Assembly: GCA_024233305.1 (NCBI GenBank)
Contig: JACKPV010000023.1
Location: forward strand, 590,789 to 654,788
Origin: Verrucomicrobiales bacterium
Lineage (GTDB): Bacteria; Verrucomicrobiota; Verrucomicrobiia; Limisphaerales; J093
Direction of reading: 5' to 3'
DNA: 64,000 bases
Below, piece after piece: positions 26,363 to 36,300 of this stretch. Below the pieces are notes generated by a model, which saw only the letters and a program-made list of their open reading frames with translations, did not search any database and had not been told where the DNA came from. The position numbers and the translations under genes are program-made. Positions within the stretch are counted from its first letter, which is position 1; each line of letters opens with the position of its first letter.

Positions 26363-28136
26363 CCCGGAGGATGTCACGCTCGGTTTCAAGGTTCCCACCG
26401 ACCTCGACTGGATCGTGCTCAAGGCCATCGACAAGGACCGCAACCGCCGCTACGTCACCCCCAACGAACTGGCCGATGACCTCAGGCGTTTCCTCAAGAA
26501 CGAGCCCATCCTCGCCCGTCCTATCAGCCAGACCGCCAGAGTGTGGCGCTGGTGCCGACGTCACACGGCGGTCGCAGCCCTGACTGCCGGCTTGGTCCTG
26601 GCGCTGATCGCCGGCTTTGGCGGTACTCTCTGGCAGTTGCAGCGGGCGGAACAAAATGCTGCCGAGAACCTCCGCCAAGTCGCCCGGTTGAACGTCCTCA
26701 CCGGCGTCAACCTCCTGCAGGAAGGCGACTCCTTCAAGAGCCTGCTCTGGTTCGCCGAAGCCCTGGCGCTGAAGGCCGGGCCGCCCGAACGCGACGTCGT
26801 GGATCGGCTCCGCATCGCTTCCATCATCGCGCAAGGGCCGCGACTCGCCGCCGTCATCACCCACGACGGCCAACCCGTTGCCGACGCCGCCTTTCATTCC
26901 ACGAAGGATCAACTCGCCACCGTGGGACGCGACCGTCGCCTGCGCCTCTGGGACCTTGCCACCGTCGAGACAGTGTTCCTGACCGAACCCTTTGCCGAAC
27001 GTCCTTCCGAGGTCCTCTTCTCACCCGACGGCGAAGTGATCCTGGTGGGCAGCTCCGAGTTCAACCAGGTGCGCATGATCTCCGCGTTGGATGGCAAGCC
27101 GCTGAGCAACACCATCCCTCACTTTGCCGGCGGGGCGAACAACCGCCCGCTGCCACCACGCTTCGATGCTTTAGGTGAACGCCTTCTCACCCAAAGCGCA
27201 CCGAAAACACTTCGAGTCTGGGCTGTGCGCGACGGCTCCCCGCTCGGCCCGTCGATCCCGCTCGGCGCCCCGGTCGCGTGGACGGGCTTCAGCGAACATG
27301 GCACGCAAGTTCGGACGGTCACTCAGGACGGGAAGGCGACGACTTGGGATTGGCGAAGTGGAAGCCGGATATCGAACCCAGAACCCCGAACGCTGAATAT
27401 CGAAGGCGAGCCCAACTTCGACGTTGGACGTTCAGTGTTCGACATTCGAAGTTCGACTTCAGTCCGCAGCCCCGACGGCTCCCGCTACGCCACCCTTGCC
27501 GCCGATCACCGCGTGCGTGTCTGGGACTCGGGAACCGACGAACCGCTCACACCTCCCATCGACCATTTCACGGCGTCCGGCCCCGTCGGTTTCAGCGCCA
27601 ATGGCCGGTTCTTCTTCACGATGCACCCGGCCCATGCGGTGTACGTTTGGGAACTTCCGGAGAATACCGAACCGCCAGTCCTGCTCCGGCCCGAGGCCCC
27701 GAACACTCTGGCGGAGACTGGCCGGGACGGTTCGGTCATTGTGACCCGTGATCCGGGCAGCCCGATTCGCGTGCGGGCCCTGTCGGGTACCCAGGAAGTG
27801 TCCCTCCATCCCGCCAGCCTGAAGGAAGTTCCCGTGCAGGCATGGTTCGATGACACCGGCCAGTTCATCATCCTCGAATACCCGAACCAGCGTGCTCAGG
27901 TCTGGGATGCCACCTCCGGTCTGCCTGTCACTCCCGTGTTCCGGAGCCGCTACGCCACCAATGAAGCCGCCTACCGGACGATCCAGTTTCCTGATTTCCC
28001 ATCTGACACTCGCCACTCGCCGCCGCAGGCCCTGGCCGAACTCCTCTCCGGCAGCCGCCTCGACGGCACCGGCGGTTGGAAGCCGCTCGAACTGGGCGAC
28101 ATCCTCGCGCGCTGGAATGCTGTCAATCGCGAATAG
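26363..28136 (+). CDS. Ser/Thr protein kinase, exon 2 (juxtamembrane segment, TM helix, WD40-like beta-propeller)
   Basis: It resumes with PEDVTLGFKVPTDLDWIVLKAIDKDRNRRYVTPNELADDLRRFL, the typical post-catalytic segment of PVC kinases. It continues with the TM helix AVAALTAGLVLALIAGFGGTLW and WD-like repeats (RLRLWDLAT, TLRVWAV, HRVRVWDSGT, AVYVWEL, RAQVWDATS). Confidence 0.85.
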
Positions 28137-28174
28137 CTCCCTACTTCGAACTCAGTTCAACCCATCCCGTGACC

Positions 28175-30439
28175 ATGAAGACTCGAAACACTGACCCGAC
28201 CCGCTCCGCTTTCTTAACCTCCGCCTCCTTGGCCCTGCTGATTGGGCTGACCAGGATGGCTGCTCCAATGGCTCACGCCCAGGACTTGGACCTCCGGGTG
28301 GTCGGAGGATACGACACCGGCGGCGCAGTTTATGATGTGGTCATGGCAGGCAACCATGCCTACGTGGCCACCAGTTCAGGGCTGCAGGTGATCGACATGA
28401 GCGAACCGAGCGATCCACGGCAGGAGGGAATCTGCAGCACAATCGGTCATGCTTGGGGCGTCGTGATCTCCGGCAGTTACGCCTTTGTTGCCTGCCTGGA
28501 AGGTGGCTTGCAGGTGGTCGACATCAGCAACCCCGCCATCCCCCAGAGGGTGGGGGGCTACATTACCGGCGGCTTCTCCAGGAGCGTGGCAGTCTCCGGC
28601 AACCATGCGTTCGTGGCGGTTGAAGATTCAGATCTGCAGGTGCTCGATATCAGTGACCCCTTAAATCCGCAGAGAGTCGGCGGCTACGGCGTTTCTTCGG
28701 GCGCAATCGCAGTGTCCGGAAACCATGCATACGTGCTGACAGTTGGTTCTGAACTGCAGGTGCTCGACATCAGCAACCCCGCAAATCCACGCCGGGTGAG
28801 CATCATGGGCGGTGTGGAGGGATCTCTCGCGATTCAGGGCGAACATGCTTACGTCGCCGGTTCTTTACAGGATGGCGAGGGAATGCACGCAGGTCTGAAG
28901 GTCATTGACATCAGCGCCCCGGCCAATCCGCATGAGGTGGGCCGGTACAATGCCTCTGGCTATGATGTGCATGATGTGTTCGTTTCCGGCAATCATGCAT
29001 ACCTGACGGAAAACGCGGCCAACCCTGCAAGCCGCCTGATTGTGGTTGACGTCAGTGACTCAGGCAACCCGCGACAGGTGGGCAGTTACGACACAGACTT
29101 CGGCTTTTACGGCGCGGACGTTGCTGTATCCGGGAATTATGCCTATGTGGCAAGTGGTCGTGAGCAGTCCAGTCATCAGGTCATCGATATCAGCGATCCG
29201 ACCAGCCCGCGAGGAGTAGGCAGCTATCAAACATCCACCTCGCTCGATTTGGCGGTCGCCGGTGACCATGCCTACGTGACAACTTGGTCTGGTCTCCAAG
29301 TGTTCGACATCAGCCATCCCGCCAGTCCGCAGCCGGTGGGTGCTTATGACACGAGTTCGGACACTCACGAGTGGTTTACGCGTCGCGTGGCAGTCTCGGG
29401 CAACTACGCCTGCGTGGCCGAAACGTGGTGGGACCAGGGTCAAAGCTACACAGACCAACAAGGCCGCCTTGAGGTAATTGACGTGAAGGACCCGGCAAAC
29501 CCACGGCGGGTGGGTGGCTACGACACGAGCGGGGGTGCCCGTGCCGTGGCGATGTCGGGCAGCCATGCGTACGTAGCGGAGACTTGGTATGATCAGGAGG
29601 CGCAGACATCCAAAGGCCTGGTCGAGGTCATCGACCTCAGCGACCCGGCAAACCTACGCCTTGTCAGCCGTTACGAGACGAAAGGAGCAGCCAACGACGT
29701 TACGGTTGCGGGAACCTACGCCTACGTTGCCGGCGGGCGTTTTGACGAGACCGCGGGCCATCACCAAGATGGTTTGACGATTCTTGACATCAGCAATCCG
29801 GCCAATCTCCAGCGGGTGGGCAGCTACGACCTCGCCGGTCTTGCCATCGGCGTGACTGTTTCCGGGGAACATGCCTACACAACCGACATTTGGGAGGGCC
29901 TGCGAGTGCTCGACGTTAGCGACCCCACCAACCCGTCGCTAGTGGGCGGATCGCAGGCCCCGGTTGGCTACGTGGGCTACCCCGCGATCTCCGGTGAAAT
30001 CGTCTTCGTGGGGGCGCCGAATGTTCTGGCGTTCGATATCAGTGACCCGGCCAATCCCCGGCAATCGGGAATCTCGGACCTCATCGGCCCAGTCTGGGGG
30101 GACTCTGATGAGCGGCGGCACGATGGGCATGTGGCGGTTTCTGGCGGCTATGCCTACGTGGCGGGGATTACTGCCGGTCTCAAAGTAATCGAAATCAGTC
30201 CAGCCACCGAACTCCGCATCGGCCCGGCAATGATGGAGGCGGATGGGAGCATTCGGCTGCCGGTCAACGGGAAGTGCGGCCAGCGTGTCCGACTGCAGCG
30301 GAGCGACAACTTGGTCGATTGGGAGGACTGGCAGACCATGATCCTGGGTGGCGACGGCTGCGGCCTCATCGACACCACCACCGCCACGCCAGCCCGCTTC
30401 TACCGCGCGGTCAACGACATCACCCCGGCAGCCGATTAG
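28175..30439 (+). CDS. LVIVD-repeat beta-propeller protein, secreted, with an FYR-ending C-terminal module
   Basis: About 14 repeats of G(N/S/D)(H/Y)A(Y/F)VA....L(Q/K)V(I/L/F/V)D(I/V/M)S.P..P. The signal-like N-terminus is MKTRNTDPTRSAFLTSASLALLIGLTRMAAPMAHA. The C-terminus is ARFYRAVNDITPAAD. Confidence 0.8.
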   Translation: MKTRNTDPTRSAFLTSASLALLIGLTRMAAPMAHAQDLDLRVVGGYDTGGAVYDVVMAGNHAYVATSSGLQVIDMSEPSDPRQEGICSTIGHAWGVVISGSYAFVACLEGGLQVVDISNPAIPQRVGGYITGGFSRSVAVSGNHAFVAVEDSDLQVLDISDPLNPQRVGGYGVSSGAIAVSGNHAYVLTVGSELQVLDISNPANPRRVSIMGGVEGSLAIQGEHAYVAGSLQDGEGMHAGLKVIDISAPANPHEVGRYNASGYDVHDVFVSGNHAYLTENAANPASRLIVVDVSDSGNPRQVGSYDTDFGFYGADVAVSGNYAYVASGREQSSHQVIDISDPTSPRGVGSYQTSTSLDLAVAGDHAYVTTWSGLQVFDISHPASPQPVGAYDTSSDTHEWFTRRVAVSGNYACVAETWWDQGQSYTDQQGRLEVIDVKDPANPRRVGGYDTSGGARAVAMSGSHAYVAETWYDQEAQTSKGLVEVIDLSDPANLRLVSRYETKGAANDVTVAGTYAYVAGGRFDETAGHHQDGLTILDISNPANLQRVGSYDLAGLAIGVTVSGEHAYTTDIWEGLRVLDVSDPTNPSLVGGSQAPVGYVGYPAISGEIVFVGAPNVLAFDISDPANPRQSGISDLIGPVWGDSDERRHDGHVAVSGGYAYVAGITAGLKVIEISPATELRIGPAMMEADGSIRLPVNGKCGQRVRLQRSDNLVDWEDWQTMILGGDGCGLIDTTTATPARFYRAVNDITPAAD

Positions 30440-30619
30440 GACCATGAACCGTGCAACTCTCCATGGTTCGCGCGAGCGACTTGCTTTGAGCTTCGGTCTC
30501 TTGGAGGGGCGATTTCCACGAGCTCCATGCTTTCTGCGAAGACTGGAGGAATGTCAGGGGCTCGCGGGAGCTCGCCCCTCCATGGGCGTCAAGCGACGTT
30601 CCACCATGACAGCAGCCGA

Positions 30620-30940
30620 CTATGGAGAACTCAAGCGCATGTATTCGCCAGGGCCGATCGCATCAACGGCCGCTTGGATGACGTCGATCATCGTCCGGAG
30701 CAGCGGCCAGGAGTTGAACGGCAGTTCGATGATGGCCAGACGGCGTCCCGAGAGGTTCTGCTGGTATCGGAGGCTTTGGTCGGCGGTGATGAGAACGTCG
30801 CAAACACCCTCCGCGCTCTGGACGAGCAGGCCGTTCTTCCGGCCCTTCCATCCCAGCGCATCCACCGTCAACACCTTGACTCCTTTGAGATCGCGGCCGA
30901 GGGGAGACGGGCAGCACTCGTCCAGCAGCACTCTTCTCAT
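30620..30940 (-). CDS. DUF5615-like (PIN-like/Mut7-C type) putative toxin
   Basis: MRRVLLDECCPSPLGRDLKGVKVLTVDALGWKGRKNGLLVQSAEGVCDVLITADQSLRYQQNL. The start overlaps the stop of the upstream DUF433 gene (ATGA at 30937..30940). Confidence 0.6.
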   Translation of the reverse strand: MRRVLLDECCPSPLGRDLKGVKVLTVDALGWKGRKNGLLVQSAEGVCDVLITADQSLRYQQNLSGRRLAIIELPFNSWPLLRTMIDVIQAAVDAIGPGEYMRLSSP

Positions 30941-31173
30941 GCCGCTTGGGCCAGGGTCCGGAGGGCGTGGCGCAGCACCACCTCGGCCTGTTGACGGGAA
31001 ACCGTTGGAAACCACTCAAGGAACTGGTCCAAGGTGGCGCCGTCGGCCAGATTGCTCCAGAACGCTTGCAGCGGTACGCGGGTCCCGGCGAAGACCGGCT
31101 TCCCGCCCAGCACCTCGGGGTCAACCGAGACCGGCAGCGCTTTCAGATCCTCTGGGTCGAGAACGATCCGCAT
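30937..31173 (-). CDS. DUF433-family putative antitoxin
   Basis: VDPEVLGGKPVFAGTRVPLQAFWSNLADGATLDQFLEWFPTVSRQQAEVVL matches the DUF433 pattern. The protein is 78 aa and is translationally coupled to the downstream DUF5615-like gene. Confidence 0.65.
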   Translation of the reverse strand: MRIVLDPEDLKALPVSVDPEVLGGKPVFAGTRVPLQAFWSNLADGATLDQFLEWFPTVSRQQAEVVLRHALRTLAQAA

Positions 31174-31188
31174 GAACCCACTGTAACG

Positions 31189-32034
31189 ATGCGTCCGGCC
31201 AAAGGCAATCACGCGAAATCCGCCTTCACTCTCGTCGAGTTGCTGGTGGTGATCGCGATCATCGCGATTCTGGCCGGGTTGCTTCTGCCGGCGTTGGGCG
31301 CCGCCAAGGGGCGGTCCCGATCCGTCGCCTGCCAGAGCAACCTGCGCCAGCTTCAGTTGGGGTGGCTGTCCTATGCGGGCGATAACGGCGGCGAGATGGT
31401 TCCCAACGAGGAGGGCCGGCCGTTCGGATTCTGGGAGGGCGTCCGGTACTCCTGGGTCCTCGGCAACGCCCAACGCGACGCGACGCCGGATAACATCGAG
31501 CGCGGCACGCTTTTCCCGCACGTGGGCGGCCCCGGCCCCTACCACTGTCCCAGCGACCGCTCGACGGTGACGGACCAGCCGTCCGGGGCACGCCTGCGCA
31601 GCTACAGTCTGAACGGCGAGCTGAACTACTGGATCATCGCAGACACCCAGTACGGCCTCCCGATTCTCCAGGCGTTTCACAACGAATCTCAATTGCGACG
31701 GCCATCGAAGACCTACGGCTTCCTCGACGTGACGGCGGAGACGATCGACTCAGGGATCTTCGGCCTGCCCGGACCGGCAGCCAGGACGGAGGAGGAACTG
31801 CGTCGCAACCTGATCGAGCTGGATCGCAACCGCTGGCTCCATCTGCCCGCCTACCGGCATGGCGGTGGGGCAAACCTGAGTTTTCTGGACGGCCACGTGG
31901 AGCACCACAAGTGGGAGTACCAAGACCGCGTAGCAGTCTCACCTCAAGGCAATCGTCCGCTGAACACGGCGGACCTGGAGGACATGCGCTGGCTGGTCCA
32001 ACGCGGCGCCTCCTGGCAGCGGGTGTTTCCCTGA
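31189..32034 (+). CDS. Prepilin-type N-terminal cleavage/methylation domain protein, DUF1559 (H-X9-DG) family
   Basis: AFTLVELLVVIAIIAILAGLLLPAL occurs at the N-terminus, and HGGGANLSFLDGHVEHHKW near the C-terminus. Confidence 0.85.
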   Translation: MRPAKGNHAKSAFTLVELLVVIAIIAILAGLLLPALGAAKGRSRSVACQSNLRQLQLGWLSYAGDNGGEMVPNEEGRPFGFWEGVRYSWVLGNAQRDATPDNIERGTLFPHVGGPGPYHCPSDRSTVTDQPSGARLRSYSLNGELNYWIIADTQYGLPILQAFHNESQLRRPSKTYGFLDVTAETIDSGIFGLPGPAARTEEELRRNLIELDRNRWLHLPAYRHGGGANLSFLDGHVEHHKWEYQDRVAVSPQGNRPLNTADLEDMRWLVQRGASWQRVFP

Positions 32035-32075
32035 AGTGGCAGGGCCGTCCCGCGTGTGCGTCCTCCAAAAGGGAC

Positions 32076-33500
32076 TCAGCCAAGCAAGCGCAACAGCTGC
32101 TCCCGATCCCTCCGCCACGTCTTCGCCGTCATCCCCTGCAGAATCTCCCGAGCCTCCTCGATGGCCGACTTCCGGCTGCCTTCGCCCAGCATCTTGGGCA
32201 TCGCCGCCAGGATCGCCTGCCGGAAATCCTCCCGGCCCGGTCGGAAGTAGTGCTTCAGCACCACCGCGACGGTGCGGTGACCCGTGACGCGCTGGACGAG
32301 TTCCAACGGCACACCCGCCGCCAACGCCAGCGTGATCCACGTCACCCGGAACGAGTGGAAGTCGTGCACGGAGACCTTCCGCTGGCCGTTCTGCCGGGAC
32401 GACTGGAGTTCGTCGGTGTTGAGTGCCCGGCGCTTTCCGCGCACCACCGGGCAGCCGATCTCCCGCTCAATCTCGTTCAGGTAGCCCGACACCGAGCCCC
32501 GGCTGCAGCCGGTTTCCCGCATCACCTCTTTCAGTCCCTTCCCGTTTGCGTAGGCCGTGAACACCGACCGCATCTTCTCCGCCCTGGGCGATTCCTCGAG
32601 CCCGTCCAGATACTCCAGGCCCCGGCACCGGACTTCCTCCGGCGACACCTCCGGCAACGCCTTCGGAGCGTGTGCCCACCGCAGCGCCTTCGCCAGGACC
32701 TGCTTCACCCGCCACGTGATCCCGTCCGGGTTGTTGGCGTACATCTCCGCCTGCTTCGGAAAGCAGTAGGGCGATTTCCCCTTGCGGGTCCGTTCCAGTT
32801 CCTCCTTCAGCAGGGGGAAGATCGGGATGTCCACCTTCTGGCCCGTCTTCGCCGTCTTCACCGTGATGAACCCGTGCTCCAGATCGACATCCTGCCACTT
32901 GAGTTCACAGCAGTCGCCACGGCGCATCGCGGTGCACATCCCGGTGGTGATGATCGGCCGGATGAAGTCGTCCTGGGCGCAGGCTTCCGTGATCGCCTTC
33001 AGCTCTTCCACCGTGAACGGCTCCCGGTTGATGGTCTGGGTCGCCTTGGTCACCAAGCCGTGGAACGGGTTGCTGCCGTCGCTCAGGTGCGGGTGGAGAT
33101 GCTTGAAGGTGGCCCGGAGCAGCTTCAGCGTGTCGTTCCAGGTCTTGGGCGAAACGCCTCGGGCGCTCTCGCTGTCCATGAAGGCTCTGGCGGTTTCCTC
33201 CTTCACTTCGATGAACTCCCGCGCTCTGGGCTGTTTCTCGGCCACGAAGGCGGCGAATCGTTCCAGCCTCACTCGGCACTGGCCGGCGTACCGCTCCTCC
33301 GGTTCCTTCCGCCGGGGCAGGGCCGCCCACAACTTCGGCAGATCAGCCAGGGCCGGGTAGGTCACCTTCTTGCCGGTCCTGATCTCGGCGAGTTTGATCA
33401 GGGCTTTCTCACCGGTTCGGTCTTCGGTCAGCTTCCTGAGCTGCTTGGCGTAGGCCTCCTGGGCTCGTAAAGGGGTCGGTTCTTGATATTGTAATATCAA
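32076..33500 (-). CDS. Tyrosine-type site-specific recombinase (phage integrase family)
   Basis: The catalytic-region motifs are TGMCTAMRRGDCCELKW, VHDFHSFRVTWITLALAAGVPLELVQRVTGHRTVAVVLKHYF (R...HxxR...Y). Confidence 0.85.
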   Translation of the reverse strand: MILQYQEPTPLRAQEAYAKQLRKLTEDRTGEKALIKLAEIRTGKKVTYPALADLPKLWAALPRRKEPEERYAGQCRVRLERFAAFVAEKQPRAREFIEVKEETARAFMDSESARGVSPKTWNDTLKLLRATFKHLHPHLSDGSNPFHGLVTKATQTINREPFTVEELKAITEACAQDDFIRPIITTGMCTAMRRGDCCELKWQDVDLEHGFITVKTAKTGQKVDIPIFPLLKEELERTRKGKSPYCFPKQAEMYANNPDGITWRVKQVLAKALRWAHAPKALPEVSPEEVRCRGLEYLDGLEESPRAEKMRSVFTAYANGKGLKEVMRETGCSRGSVSGYLNEIEREIGCPVVRGKRRALNTDELQSSRQNGQRKVSVHDFHSFRVTWITLALAAGVPLELVQRVTGHRTVAVVLKHYFRPGREDFRQAILAAMPKMLGEGSRKSAIEEAREILQGMTAKTWRRDREQLLRLLG

Positions 33501-33836
33501 CCTTCCCGTCTCGCGCGGCCCCGCGGCAGGGCAAAGTCACGCGTTCGTCGTCAGGACGTCAGGAGGATGATCGGCGAACGTCGTTTCTACCAGCCTGGCT
33601 TCGCCGTCGATGGCGGTGATCGTACCGGCTCAGAAGAGATCGGGCTGGATTTGCCGAGGAATCGGGAAGACGCCGATGATGCCCCACGGATTCGGCGCGA
33701 CGAAATGAAATTGCTGAGTTGTCCCGAGGAAGAAGTGCAGGTCGGTCGCGATGAACTGATCCACGTATTTCACTGAAAGTGTTGGGTAGGTTTTGACGGT
33801 GATGAGAACGCGTTCTTTCCCCATGCAGACCCCTTG

Positions 33837-34733
33837 CTACAAGTTGACCGCCATGAATTCCTTTCCGTATTGTCTTTCCAGCGCCTCCGCCACGCAGTGC
33901 CGGTGACACTGGCTCGGCAGCTTCTCGAAGCACGTTAATGCCACCCGCTCACCGGTTGCTATCCAGGCGTAGATCCTCGCCAGCGCCGCCGTCTGCTTCG
34001 GTAGGCTCTCGCGTTCATACCGGGCGAAGAGGGCGTCATAATCCGACTGGGTCTTCAGCTCGCGCCGTTGGCCCGAAGGGATCCCCAATTCCGGCACATG
34101 CTCATAGCGGATGCCCACGCCGCCGCACGACTCGGCCAGCGTGTTCTTGGAAAACCCGTACTTGTGGCTGAACGCATTCCGGCGCACGTCACACAGGAGC
34201 GTTACGCCGTCCTGGAGCAGCCTGTTCAGGTAGCCCTCCAGGGCGCGACCCTCGTAGCCGATAGTGACGAGACCCGGCCGGGGAGGATCGGGACGTGCCG
34301 CTTCCACCGCCGTCAGGGCCGGACCGTCCTCGGCGAGGACCCTCGTTGCCATCTCGCTGCGCGTGGCGAAATACGGATGTCTCCGATAGGCCTCGGCCAC
34401 CAGTGCTTCCCCGCGCCACTGCGAGTGGGTCTTCGCAAACTGGTGCATGCGCAGCCGTTCCGGCCTGTCAACCATCGCCGCTGCGCGGCCCGTCGGCGTC
34501 AGCTTCCACAGACGTTCTTCGTCTGCCAGCATGCCCTGTTCGATCAGCCGACGCTTGTCTGCGTACGAGGTGAAGGAAAATCCGCCGAACCGGTAGGGGA
34601 CGAACTCGTAGGAAGGCGATTCCTCGACGTCCTGGCAGTAAAGGAACAGCAGCTTCTGGAAATCCAGGCCGCAGACCTCGCCGCCCAGCGCGTCGACGAG
34701 CGCGAGCAGGCGTCTCTGGCGCGCGAAAAGCAT
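33837..34733 (-). CDS. DUF488-domain protein with an extra ~150-aa N-terminal domain
   Basis: The C-terminal half matches the DUF488 pattern as I remember it: LVTIGYEGRALEGYLNRLLQDGVTLLCDVRRNAFSHKYGFSKNTLAESCGGVGIRYEHVPELGIP...ALTCFEKLPSQCHRHCVAEAL. The N-terminal FQKLLFLYCQ...YEFVPYRFGGFSFTSY is weakly reminiscent of DUF4065/Panacea-type domains. Confidence 0.65.
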   Translation of the reverse strand: MLFARQRRLLALVDALGGEVCGLDFQKLLFLYCQDVEESPSYEFVPYRFGGFSFTSYADKRRLIEQGMLADEERLWKLTPTGRAAAMVDRPERLRMHQFAKTHSQWRGEALVAEAYRRHPYFATRSEMATRVLAEDGPALTAVEAARPDPPRPGLVTIGYEGRALEGYLNRLLQDGVTLLCDVRRNAFSHKYGFSKNTLAESCGGVGIRYEHVPELGIPSGQRRELKTQSDYDALFARYERESLPKQTAALARIYAWIATGERVALTCFEKLPSQCHRHCVAEALERQYGKEFMAVNL

Positions 34734-35313
34734 GGGCTACGGTAACGGCTGGTGATTCAGACTTCAATCTCCCCGCTCCTCAACCGCGGCTACTGGAGCT
34801 TGCGAGCGGCGACGAGTCTCTGGTTTTGGAGAGCAGACAAACAAGGTGACAGTTTCGTCGTCGGGGCGGCGGCTGCGATTCGGACTGGGCTCCGGGCAGG
34901 AGGGAGCGCTAATCCGGCGCGAGCAACGGGATCACACAAAGGGACCGCAAGACCATTCAACGGTGGGGAGGAGCGCTGCGCAGCCGCAATGGCGAGGAGT
35001 TGATCCGGGTGCTGGAAGGTCGCCAGGCGAGCCGGAAGTTCAGCGCCCAAATCCAGGCCTATGCGCGTGTGCGGTGGCCGGAGTTGGCGCGAGTGGATCT
35101 CTATGAGATCGGGAAACGGCTGCGGAAGGAGATTGCGTCGGTGTTTGGGGTGAAGCGCTCGCAGGAGACGCTGCGGCCCTTGATGGGCGGGTTGAAGCGG
35201 GGGGGGCGAGGGGACGGTGGCGCCGGAGGTGTCATATCGGACCGGGTTGGACACGCGCCGCGCCACGGCCAGAGGGCTCGGTGTGAAGGATTGTGGGGCG
35301 GGTCGTCCGATCT

Positions 35314-35712
35314 CTACCAGAGAGTCCTGGCATGCGGGTAGTTGCTGATCAACTGATCCTTCGAGATGATCGTTGCGTTTTCCTCTCTGGCTGTCGCGAC
35401 GATGATTTGGTCCGCCGGATCGTCGTGAAAAGGCTGGGGGAGAATGGTCGATCGGTAAGCAATCGCCGGGGTGAGAGGGACCAGGCGGAGTTTCGGCATT
35501 CGCAGGGCCTCCGACATCCACTCCTCCGGGTCACAGGAAATGCCGATGCGTTTCTTCTCAAGCAGTTTGCAGAACTCCCACGCCGAAATGGCAGATAACA
35601 GGAGCTCTGAGTCGCCTTCCGCGTTCTCCATGGCTGCGCGGGCCTTGCGCGACAGCTTCTTTGGCGACATGTTCCACCAAACCCAGGCATGAGTATCAAG
35701 GAGGTACTTCAT
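35314..35712 (-). CDS. PIN-domain toxin (VapC-like)
   Basis: MKYLLDTHAWVWW...ELLLSAISAWEF...FHDDPADQIIVATAREENATIISKD carries the acidic PIN residues. The start overlaps the antitoxin stop (35709..35712). Confidence 0.85.
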   Translation of the reverse strand: MKYLLDTHAWVWWNMSPKKLSRKARAAMENAEGDSELLLSAISAWEFCKLLEKKRIGISCDPEEWMSEALRMPKLRLVPLTPAIAYRSTILPQPFHDDPADQIIVATAREENATIISKDQLISNYPHARTLW

Positions 35713-35936
35713 CGGCACACGTTCCACACCGTCTCCCCAAGAGGGCTGACAATGTCTTCCTCGAACACGAGGGCTGCCGCAAGGTGGCCCGGAGTTGGTG
35801 TGGTTTCGGTGTAAGGGACGACTTCCACGAGCGGTCGGCCCCGCTTCGTCACGACGACCCGTTCCTTGCGCGCCGCAACGTCACCGAGCACCTGCAAAGC
35901 GTGGGCCTTGAAGTCCGTGATGGCCATTGTCTTCAT
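35709..35936 (-). CDS. Phd/YefM-type antitoxin
   Basis: MKTMAITDFKAHALQVLGDVAARKERVVVTKRGRPLVEVVPY is a typical Phd/YefM N-terminus. It is translationally coupled to the PIN gene. Confidence 0.8.
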   Translation of the reverse strand: MKTMAITDFKAHALQVLGDVAARKERVVVTKRGRPLVEVVPYTETTPTPGHLAAALVFEEDIVSPLGETVWNVCR

Positions 35937-36300
35937 ACGAGAGATCTACAGTCGAACGCCGGCAGGGTAGTCATTTCAAGTGGTCATGTCAAACGACGGG
36001 TCGCTCTGGAGAAAAGAGAGGCCGGTCCTGAAGGCGGACACTGGTCTGCTCAGCGGTCATCCCCTGCGCTTGTGCCGGTCCTGGGGCAACAGGCTCGACG
36101 CCTTCGTCCACGCTTCCCTGGGCAGCCTTTCAGCCAGCCGCTTCAGCCTCATCGTGGGCTCCTGCGGCAGTCTGTGGCGTGCGCATCTCAGTTTTTTCAC
36201 AGCGAGGGAGAAATGGTGGTGTGAACGAAGCGCCACCGGCTGAAAAATAGTGTCATTTTAGACGGGACTCTGATCCTCCCCTTCGCCATAGTCCGCGGGC

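Noticed and set aside
34913-35341. Plus-strand frame reading ...ITQRDRKTIQRWGGALRSRNGEELIRVLEGRQASRKFSAQIQAYARVRWPELARVDLYEIGKRL
   Set aside because: It looks protein-like but has no ATG or GTG start before the TTG at 35000, no recognisable family, and its tail overlaps the PIN gene. It may be a gene remnant but is not supportable as a feature.
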